IMG/VR virus record: IMGVR_UViG_3300009194_000025
Span: 1-38,767 of that record
Strand: one strand, 5' to 3'
DNA length: 38,767 nt
Source: a virus
Lineage: Duplodnaviria > Caudoviricetes
Made by a program: the position numbers and the translations under genes. The notes under the pieces are model-generated. The model was not told the origin of the DNA. It saw only the letters and a list, made by a program, of their open reading frames with translations, and made no database searches. Each line of letters starts with the position of its first letter. The stretch's first letter is position 1. Below are positions 1-8,500 of this stretch, piece by piece.

Positions 1-1
1 C

Positions 2-343
2 GATGAGAACTATCGCAATCCAGAGCAGATGCGGGAGCAGGCCATTGAAACCCTGGCCATGATTCGAGCCAGAACGCGAGGCACAATCAGTGGGACTGAA
101 AGCAACAGCGATGTGCCTGGACTTCAGGTTGTGGGTAGCGAGTCAGAACAACTGCCAGCAGACGGCAGCGCGGTGCCGCAGCCAGACGGCAGTTATTCTG
201 GGCGTGTGAATCGTGATCCAGAGCCATCCGCATCGGCCCCTTCCAGACCGGCGCCAGCCGCTGCAGTCGAGCATTTGAGGAAGAACCCGCAACTGGCGGA
301 CCAGTTCCAGAAGAAATACGGCTATCTCCCGGAGGGTTTTTAA
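2..343 (+). CDS. 5'-truncated virion/ejection-region protein (C-terminal part)
   Basis: Frame is open from the window start (GAT GAG AAC...). The TAA stop overlaps the ATG of the giant gene (TAATG at 341-345). C-terminus ...HLRKNPQLADQFQKKYGYLPEGF. Function inferred from position only. Confidence 0.7.
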   Translation, partial: DENYRNPEQMREQAIETLAMIRARTRGTISGTESNSDVPGLQVVGSESEQLPADGSAVPQPDGSYSGRVNRDPEPSASAPSRPAPAAAVEHLRKNPQLADQFQKKYGYLPEGF

Positions 344-3300
344 TGGCCAATGCCTTTGACCGATTCGATGCGCAACGCAGCAAAACGCCCGAGCCAACCG
401 GAAACCCGTTTGATGCATTCGATGAGGTTGCCGAAACGGAAGCTTTGAGTCAGTACGGGCCGTCGAAATCTTCCAACGCAGGTCGGTCATTTCCGAAACC
501 CGAGCGCACGCCTGGCAAGGGACTGCAGCCGCCGGAGAATTACGACTCATTTGTAGAAGCCACCGGAAAAAGCCTGAGCAATGTTCCCGAACGCCTGCAG
601 CAATCCTTCGGCGGGCTTGTTCAGATGCTGGGCGAGGACATGGGGCAGAGCCGCGAGCAGTTTGTGCAGCAGTCTGCCAATCGGCTCGGGATTACGCCGC
701 AGGAATACAAGTTGATGGCATGGGCAGGCAACGAGGGCCTGGTGGATCCGGAAACCTCGATCCCGGAGGCGCTTAAAAGCCTGAAGTCTCGAATGCTCAC
801 CGAGCTGTCTCCGGAGCAGCAGGCTCAGGTGGCCGATATGGGGCTCATTAACCCCGAAACGGTTGCCGCCAAAGGCCGGGAGTTTCGAGCTGATGCGCAG
901 TCCACCATGAAACCTGTGAATGCCGAGCCTGGCAGCCCCGAATACTACGCTAGTGCCGCCATTGGCAGCATTGCAGAAATGACGCCCGCCCTGATTGCGA
1001 GCGCACTCACCCGAAATCCCGCTGTCGGCATGACCATCATTGGCGGTCAGGTTGGCGGTGAGTCCTACGGCACAGTCCGCGATAAAGGCTTGTCCGTTGA
1101 CGAGTCTCAGCGCTATGCGTTTGCGCAAGCCGCCGCTGAAGCGATCCCCGAATACCTTCCGATCGCCAAAATCCTGAAGCCCGGCGCTAACTTCTTCAAG
1201 AAGGTGTTTGATACCGCTATCGCTGAATCGTTGCAGGAGGGCGTTACCGCTGCCCTTCAAGCCGGCATCGACAAAGATACCATTCGCCCGGATATGACCT
1301 GGGGCGAGGCGCGTGGCTTGATTTCCGACAGCATGATTATTGGCAGCATTGCCGGCCCTGGCATGGTGGCCATTACTGAGCCACTGGTGCGTTATCGCAA
1401 CCGGCAGTCACCGGAAGGCCAAGATCCTGAATCGGCCCCGCCAGTCTTGACCGAGACGCTAACTCAACCGGCACCGGACGCAGACATATCGGCATTCGGC
1501 CTGGATGTAACGCCGAGCGAAGCTAACCCATTTGATGTGTTCGATCAACGGGCGTCTACCCCTGAAGCCACCGCAGAGGTGGGCGCAGGGGACGGCCATC
1601 CGGTCGGGCGCAACGTGCAGGCAACTGAACCATCCAGCGAACCGCAGAGCCAAGAGCAGCCAGAATCGTCCGAGCCTGCACTTTCCGAGAAAGGCACCGG
1701 TGTATTCCGCGTTCCGGTCGATCAGATCAAGGTAGATCCGCAGCAGTATCAATTCCGAAGCCGCGTAAACGAGCAAGGTGTGGATCAGCGCCTGTCTGGC
1801 GTAAAGAAGTGGGATGATCGCCGATCCGGCTCTGTATTGCTGCACCGCCGGGAAAATGGCGACCTGTATGTGGCGGACGGTCACCACCGTGTCGATCTTG
1901 CCAAGAAGTTGGGCCAGGGTAAAATCAACGCGCAGATCATTAATGAGGCTGATGGCGTGACGGTTGAGCAGGCCCGCGTTGAAGCGGCAATGAACAACAT
2001 TGCCGACGGTAAAGCTGAGCCCCTGGACGTGGCCAAGGTATTCCGCGGCAGCGAAGTGCCTGCCAATGAAATCCGCAGTACCTACGATCTCCCATCCAAT
2101 CAGGTTGTGCGCGACGGCGAATCACTCTCCAATCTTTCGGATAACGTTTTTGGTATGGTTGCGGCCGGCCAGATGACCGAGAAAGATGGCGCTGCCATTG
2201 GGGCTGCCTTCACCGAGCAAGCCCAGCAGGAAGCCGCTGCCGAAGCCTTTCAGAAAGTTCAGCCGAATACCGAATACCAGCGCCAACTTCTGATTAACGA
2301 AATCCGTGCCGCAGAGTTCGCGCAGGCCCAGGGAGAGCAGGGCGGCCTGTTTGGTGACGACCCACAGGAAGTGTCGTTGATGCAGGATCGCTTGAAGGTT
2401 CTGGACTCTCTGCGTCAGCGCCTCAATTCCGACAAGCGCCTGTTCAAGAGCCTGAATGACAACGCTGACAGGGCCGGAGAGGCTGGCAATCAGATTGCCA
2501 CCGAGGCCAACGAATCCATTACACAACAGAGCGCTCGCAGCCTGGACCTGATTGGCCGGGTGACAACAACCCCAGCCCTGAACGAGATGGTGAACCGTGC
2601 CGCTCGCCGGGTGTATGATGGCGAGAGCCGCTCGAAAGTGGTCACCGAACTGAAGCAGGAGTTGATGAGCTATGAACAGGGAGCAGATGCAAAAATCAGC
2701 GGAGAACGTAGCCAGGCACAGAGCCGCAAACCGGCTGCTGAATCAGGGCAAGAGCCGCGAGAAAGTGAATCAGTACCTGAGCCAGACACCACTGGAGCAG
2801 ATCAAGGCGGACAACCAGAAAGCGAAGTAACGCCGTCGCTCGACCTCGAAACCCAGACCGAGGAACAACTGGCCGAGCAGGCCCGCGCCCGGGAAGAAGC
2901 CGAGCAGGCCAAAACCGAGCAGCGCAAGCAGGCAGAGCAGCGGGCGCAGGCTGACGAACAGGTGGACGAATTCGCTCTCACTGGGTCGGAACGCACTGCC
3001 GATGTGGCCATGGCTGCAGGACAAGAAGACCTGCTATCTCAGCCCGACTCCGAAACCGACACGAATCCTACCGAAGGCCAGAAGGGTTCTGACCGGCCAG
3101 ACAATCGAGAAGTTGCGCCAGAAGATGAAGGTCGTGGCCGCGATAATAGCCGGACAGAAGATGCAGAAGGCGGCGAAGAAGTAAGCGCAGCCAGTGAAGC
3201 AGAGAATCTGACGGCAGGCCAGCCTGCCAGAAGTGGCTATCGCAAGATCAAGGACATCCTGCCGGAAAGCCTGGCCGAATCGTTCCCTTCGCATCTCATG

Positions 3301-4335
3301 CGTAATAAAGGGTCTTCCGAGCCACACGAGCGCATGTTCCCGTTTGACACATATAGCTCGTTCGATGCGATCGTTGAGCAGACAGGGCAAGAGCATCCTT
3401 CATACCTGAACTACAAGCCAGACGAGGTTCAGCCTGACGGCACTATCTACACGCCAGAAAATCTGATCCACGTCCTGAAGGGGTTGGAATCCGGCGTAAA
3501 GGATATGAACGGAAAGCTCAATGCCGGCAAGCAGCAGTATGGGGACGGCGCCCCAACGCCGAAGAAGTTGCTCGACACGTGGATTCGCCTGAAGCAGACC
3601 GAAAACACGGTCGCCAATTCACGTGCGAACTACCCGGATGCGTGGGCCATTTACGACCGGCGCCAGAAGGATTTACAGAAGCTAAAAAAAGGCGACAAGG
3701 TTCACAGGCCGTACAGCAGCCCTGAATCTCCGTATGGAACTATTGGCAAGATTATCCGTAAAGGGCCGAAAAACTGGCGGGTAAGCCAATCGCCAGGATC
3801 GCCACATTCAAGCCTGATCCCCATTGAGGCACTGGCTCCGGAGGGGGCTTTTGAGTCTGAGCCTCAAGGCCAGCAGAAAACCGAACAACAGGAGGTTGCA
3901 CAGCCAGCCGATCCGGTGAATCGGGACTCCGTTATATCTGATTTTGGCGAGAAGATCGAAGGCGCCCGGAAAGACTACGCCAGCAAGATGAAGGCTGCGA
4001 AAGAGAAGGACGTTGCCGCTGTACCGCTATCCGAATCCTGGCCTGAGCCCAACTATGAAAAACTGATCGAATCCGGCGCCGATCCGGTTGCAATAGGTTT
4101 TGCTCATGCCGCCCGAGATGAAGTTCCGCCAAAGCCCCGCAAAGGCTGGAAGCTGAAAGGCTGGACGACGCAGGTCGAAACGCTGCGATCTGTCTCGGAA
4201 AGCATCATCGACGGTAGTGTGTCAGCATGGATGACGTGCGCAACCTGGCAGAGCAAAAAGAGTTCAGCGCTGTCTCGTCTTACGTCATGGGTCGCGCTGA
4301 ATTGTACGCCGAGGTTGGTCACAGCAAGAGCCTGA
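343..4335 (+). CDS. Giant polyvalent (internal virion/ejection) protein, segment 1: N-terminal NPFD repeats, hydrophobic helical region, ParB-like domain, start of LPD5-like domain; frameshifts at about 4220
   Basis: SD GGAGG at 331-335. Motifs ANAFDRFD/GNPFDAFD/ANPFDVFD, ParB-like VPVDQIKVD...QFR...YVADGHHR, and DFGEKIEGARKD (LPD5-like). Sequence after about aa 1293 is non-protein-like, while frame 4227 continues the domain. Confidence 0.8.
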   Translation: MANAFDRFDAQRSKTPEPTGNPFDAFDEVAETEALSQYGPSKSSNAGRSFPKPERTPGKGLQPPENYDSFVEATGKSLSNVPERLQQSFGGLVQMLGEDMGQSREQFVQQSANRLGITPQEYKLMAWAGNEGLVDPETSIPEALKSLKSRMLTELSPEQQAQVADMGLINPETVAAKGREFRADAQSTMKPVNAEPGSPEYYASAAIGSIAEMTPALIASALTRNPAVGMTIIGGQVGGESYGTVRDKGLSVDESQRYAFAQAAAEAIPEYLPIAKILKPGANFFKKVFDTAIAESLQEGVTAALQAGIDKDTIRPDMTWGEARGLISDSMIIGSIAGPGMVAITEPLVRYRNRQSPEGQDPESAPPVLTETLTQPAPDADISAFGLDVTPSEANPFDVFDQRASTPEATAEVGAGDGHPVGRNVQATEPSSEPQSQEQPESSEPALSEKGTGVFRVPVDQIKVDPQQYQFRSRVNEQGVDQRLSGVKKWDDRRSGSVLLHRRENGDLYVADGHHRVDLAKKLGQGKINAQIINEADGVTVEQARVEAAMNNIADGKAEPLDVAKVFRGSEVPANEIRSTYDLPSNQVVRDGESLSNLSDNVFGMVAAGQMTEKDGAAIGAAFTEQAQQEAAAEAFQKVQPNTEYQRQLLINEIRAAEFAQAQGEQGGLFGDDPQEVSLMQDRLKVLDSLRQRLNSDKRLFKSLNDNADRAGEAGNQIATEANESITQQSARSLDLIGRVTTTPALNEMVNRAARRVYDGESRSKVVTELKQELMSYEQGADAKISGERSQAQSRKPAAESGQEPRESESVPEPDTTGADQGGQPESEVTPSLDLETQTEEQLAEQARAREEAEQAKTEQRKQAEQRAQADEQVDEFALTGSERTADVAMAAGQEDLLSQPDSETDTNPTEGQKGSDRPDNREVAPEDEGRGRDNSRTEDAEGGEEVSAASEAENLTAGQPARSGYRKIKDILPESLAESFPSHLMRNKGSSEPHERMFPFDTYSSFDAIVEQTGQEHPSYLNYKPDEVQPDGTIYTPENLIHVLKGLESGVKDMNGKLNAGKQQYGDGAPTPKKLLDTWIRLKQTENTVANSRANYPDAWAIYDRRQKDLQKLKKGDKVHRPYSSPESPYGTIGKIIRKGPKNWRVSQSPGSPHSSLIPIEALAPEGAFESEPQGQQKTEQQEVAQPADPVNRDSVISDFGEKIEGARKDYASKMKAAKEKDVAAVPLSESWPEPNYEKLIESGADPVAIGFAHAARDEVPPKPRKGWKLKGWTTQVETLRSVSESIIDGSVSAWMTCATWQSKKSSALSRLTSWVALNCTPRLVTARA
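2672..2830 (+). CDS. Candidate nested +1-frame small protein (52 aa, MNREQMQKSAENVARHRAANRLLNQGKSREKVNQYLSQTPLEQIKADNQKAK)
   Basis: ATG at 2672, TAA at 2828-2830, AGGAG about 10 nt upstream. Looks like a helical protein while the host frame here is low-complexity linker. Confidence 0.45.
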   Translation: MNREQMQKSAENVARHRAANRLLNQGKSREKVNQYLSQTPLEQIKADNQKAK

Positions 4336-5564
4336 AGGGCCTGCGATTCCATAAGGCTGACTTTGCTCTCTGGAATGGCGAGAAGGATGTTACCAAGTGG
4401 CTGATCGAGAAAAACCAGAAAGCCACAGCGTTCGATAACATGCCAAGCCAGTTGGTCGAAGCCGACACCAAAGAAGAAGCGATCAAGAAGTTCCGCAAAG
4501 TGCATGAGTCGCTGGGCGAGAAGGGCAAGACAGACAAGAAAGTCCGTTTTGACATTTATTCTGACCGCCGCGACAAGACCGATATATTCATTGGCAAGAA
4601 AATCGGCAAGGACGTTGTTCGGATTAAGGAGGGGTTCGATTCGGTCAAAGAGGCCCGGGAATACCTGAATGCCAAACAGGATGTGCTTGAGCGCATTCTG
4701 GACAAGATGAAGAATATCCCGGATCACCGCAAGGCGACCAACTCTCCCAGGGTCGGTGTGGATCACCGCAATGGCGGCGACGTAACGCCGGAAGCATTCG
4801 CGGAAGCGTTTAATTTCCGCGGGGTTCAGTTCGGAAATTTTGTAGAGCAGGGTCGCCGGCAGCAGGATCTTAACGAAGCCTATGATGGCCTGATGGACCT
4901 AGCCGGGATACTCAACGTTCCCGCTAAAGCTCTGTCCCTGAATGGCGAGTTAGGATTGGCCTTTGGTGCACGGGGCAAGGGCGGTAAAAACGCTCCGAAG
5001 GCGCACTATGAGTCCGGCAGCGTGGTCATTAACCTAACCAAGAAGGCCGGCGCGGGCTCTCTTGCACATGAGTGGTTCCATGCTCTGGACAACTATTTCG
5101 CCCGCCCTCGCGGCTCAGAATCCAGCGCCCGACGCTATGCCACTGACGGAAATCCAGATATAGCCGTGCGCCCGGAAGTTATTGACGCTTTCCGCAACAT
5201 CCGCCAGACGGTCAACCGCATCCGGATGCGCGAGCGTAGCCAGAAGCTGGACAAGGTGCGCACCAAAGCCTACTGGTCAACCGATGTGGAAATGACCGCA
5301 CGGGCCTTTGAAAGCTACGTGATCGAGAAGCTGAAAGACCAGGAAGGTGCCAACGACTACCTGGCCAATATCGTATCGGAAGAATACTGGGAAGCCTCTG
5401 AAGCGCTGGGCATGGAGGACAGCGACAGCTATCCGTACCCTGAAGCAGCAGAGATTCCGGAAATCCGGGCGGCCTATGACAACTTGTTCAGCGTGATTGA
5501 AACAGTTGAGCAGCCAAACGGCGCAATCATGGTGCGGGAACAGAATGGCGTGCCTTACTACTAG
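4227..5564 (+). CDS. Giant polyvalent protein, segment 2: LPD1-type zincin-like domain
   Basis: Motifs FRGVQFGN, LGLAFGARG, AHYE, SLAHEWFHALDNY (HExxH) and YWSTDVEMTARAFESYV. Same frame as 5832..11705 (both starts are 0 mod 3), separated only by the TAG at 5562-5564. Confidence 0.8.
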   Translation: MDDVRNLAEQKEFSAVSSYVMGRAELYAEVGHSKSLKGLRFHKADFALWNGEKDVTKWLIEKNQKATAFDNMPSQLVEADTKEEAIKKFRKVHESLGEKGKTDKKVRFDIYSDRRDKTDIFIGKKIGKDVVRIKEGFDSVKEAREYLNAKQDVLERILDKMKNIPDHRKATNSPRVGVDHRNGGDVTPEAFAEAFNFRGVQFGNFVEQGRRQQDLNEAYDGLMDLAGILNVPAKALSLNGELGLAFGARGKGGKNAPKAHYESGSVVINLTKKAGAGSLAHEWFHALDNYFARPRGSESSARRYATDGNPDIAVRPEVIDAFRNIRQTVNRIRMRERSQKLDKVRTKAYWSTDVEMTARAFESYVIEKLKDQEGANDYLANIVSEEYWEASEALGMEDSDSYPYPEAAEIPEIRAAYDNLFSVIETVEQPNGAIMVREQNGVPYY

Positions 5565-8500
5565 GTAAGGGAAGATCAAATTTCCCTCGATTTTGACGCG
5601 GAGCCAGAAAATGACGGACAAGCCAGCAACCTACCAAGTGGGCAACGTGGTGCAGATAATGCCGCCACAGAAGCCACTGATACTGGACGGAGATCGCCAA
5701 GAATACAAAATCAGCGGCAACGAGCCCGACAGATCGAGCGACAGTCGTTCTTCCACGGCCTCCGGGAAGTAACCAACGCCGCCGAAGCTGCACACGTACT
5801 TGCGCCCTTCCGAAAAGACGCCCACGAAACCATGCTTGCCCTCGTTATGGACGAGGACAGGCGCCCGCTTGCCATTATTCGCCACACCAAAGGTACTGTT
5901 GACGGTACTGCTGTTTACCCAGAGCGGTTCATTTCAGATATGGTCAGTGTTCCCGGCGCCGATTCTGTCTGGCTTTCGCACAACCACCCTTCTGGAACTA
6001 TGTCGCCCTCTGGCTCCGACATAAAGATCACCCAGAAACTGGCACCAATGATCAAAAATGCCGACCTTAAACTGGAAGGTCACGTAATCATCGGGTTTGG
6101 CCGAGACCACACCGCCTTTGACGTATCCGACCGGAGCGACGGCGGGCTATCAATAACCGAAGCCGCCGTTCGAAAGCACAAGATCCCGGTGTTGGAGCGC
6201 CAAATCGCCAGCAAGACCGGAATGAAAAACGCAAAGCCAATTAAATCGCCAGATGATGCTGTTAAGGCGCTGAAAGACATTGCCGATAAGGATCAGACCG
6301 GCGTAATGCTGCTGGATAATGCCAATAGGCCGCTTGGATTTCTGGATCTTTCCGGGTATGACCTTGAGGCGCTGCGCGGAACAAGCGCTTACCGTGACGT
6401 GCTACAGGCCATTGCTTCGACCAACGCCAGCTCCGGCATTGTCCAGGCTGGCAGCGGCGTCAGAGACACCCAAAACCTTCAGCGCATGCTGGCTGACACG
6501 GGCGAATTCAGGCTGCTGGACGCGGTGCATGTCGATATTATGTTTGAGCGTGACGTTGATTACGGCAGCGCTGCGAATATGGGCGCACTGGAAACCAGCG
6601 GGGCATGGTTTTCACTCGATGGCGAATACCTCCGAACCAAAAACAAGCGCACCGACGCCCTCTCAGCCACCGAGGCCCGCACCCACGCAAGCACCCTAAT
6701 GCGCGACTGGAAGGGCCGACCTCCAGTTATGATTGCCGACTCCATCAGCGAGTTCCCGCAGCGGTTGCGTGCAGCCATACGCAAGGCCGGCGCAGAAAGC
6801 GACATGCGCGGCGTTTACTTCGAGGGCAAGGTTTATATCCTGGCCTTCCGCATACCTTCCCGGGCAGCGCTGGAAGAGGTGGTGTTGCACGAAGTGGTGG
6901 GCCATTACGGCCTGCGCACCATGATGGGCGCTGAATTGAAACCGCTGCTGAATCAAGTGTATCTGAAGTTCGCCCGCACGGATCAGGCGAAGAAACTGAT
7001 TCGCAACTACTTCCCGAAAGGTAATTTCAGCGCCAGTAACAGCAATCACCGCCTGACCATTGCTGAGGAACTGCTGGCGCACCTGGCCGAAACCGGCAAG
7101 CACCAGAAGCTGTGGAACAAGATTGTCGCCGCTGTGCGCGAAGGGCTCAGAAAACTTGGCTTTACGCTGGAAATGACGGAGGCTGATCTGCTTGGGATCT
7201 TGGCAGGAGCACAGAAGACCGTGGAGCAAGGGGGTATTTCCCGGCCATCCGAGGCCGACAACCATTTCCGACGCGCCTATCACGGCACGCCGCACCGGTT
7301 TGATAAGTTTTCGCTAGAGGCGATTGGGACAGGCGAGGGGGTTCAGGCATTTGGTTGGGGAATTTACCTAGCAAGCCGGAGGTCTATTGCCGAATACTAC
7401 CAAGAAAGCGTTTCTAACGTCTCTGGCGGTGGGCTTAGTCTTGCTGGGGTCGTGCCAGCCTCTGCGAATGAAGGCCTCTCTAATGGAGCTTGGGTTGCGG
7501 CCAAAGACCTGTCCGAGCTTCTTGTACCCAACCCCAAGAACGTAAAGTTGTTTGGCGATCTCGATATCAAAGGTCAAAGGAGAGTGCTCTCTATGATGCG
7601 CGCTATCCTGCAAGACCGAGAGGTTCTCGATAGCGTTGTCAGCCTTGTCCCCATTGATATGGTGAACATGCTCGGAGGTCAAAAGCTTTCTGCCCAGGCT
7701 TTGCTCAACAATCCAGCGATGCTCATAGACCTGCTTCCCGCCAACCCTGATAATCTTGTAGCCAGCAGCATTTCGGCCATGGATATACTGGCCCCGGCTG
7801 TGGCACTTTCGGCTGCAAAAATTCATACCGGTCTTGGTCGTTTTGATGTGGCGGCGAGTGATTTCGTTTCCGCAGGCGGCACAGTTAACCATGGCAGTCT
7901 CCGAGATGTTTACGGAAAAATACCCCATCCATCCGAGTTTCGCAAGGGCAATCTTTACGAAGTCGAAATCCCCGACGACAGAGACCTTCTTGATTACGAC
8001 AAGCGCTTGAACGATCAACCTCCTGGGATCACCGATGCAGTCCGGGCCATTACCGACGAGCAGCATGGCGAGGGCACCTTTGACTATTGGATGGAAGCCA
8101 ACGAAGAAGGCGGTGATTACCGCGAGTGGCGCGACAACCTCATGGAAGAAGTTGAGGACCGCGACCTATCGCTGGCGCTCAACGAGAAGGGTGTGCCGGG
8201 GCTTCGCTACCTCGACGGAGACAGCCGCATTGATGCCGCTAACGGGGCTACCCACAACTACGTCATCTGGGACGAATCCGTGGTATCGGTGCAAGCCGTG
8301 AACGATGAAATGGCGCAGGCCGAGGCGTATTTCAGCCGGAGTGGTCAGAAGCAGACCGACACCGAAGCCTTCCGCAAGTGGTTCGGTGCAAGCAAGGTAG
8401 TGGATGAGAGCGGTGAGCCGCTGGTGGTCTATCACGGCACCGGGCAGGATGTGGCAGCCTTTGACAAAACGGCCATTGGTGAAGAAACGGACTTTGGGAT

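Noticed and set aside
5562-5564. Genome-wide amber recoding (genetic code 15)
   Set aside because: TAG terminates terL, the giant gene and 34111..34338 at sensible positions; other genes are not peppered with TAG; no suppressor tRNA seen.
7400-7945. Intein or intron as the explanation for the ART insert
   Set aside because: No C/S-start block with an HN-C/S/T end in the host frame, no group I P7 or group II domain V recognised, and the endonuclease is on the opposite strand.
7893-8066. Longer 232-aa version of the nested HNH
   Set aside because: The upstream extension overlaps conserved ART sequence; the SD and promoter point to the ATG at 7892.
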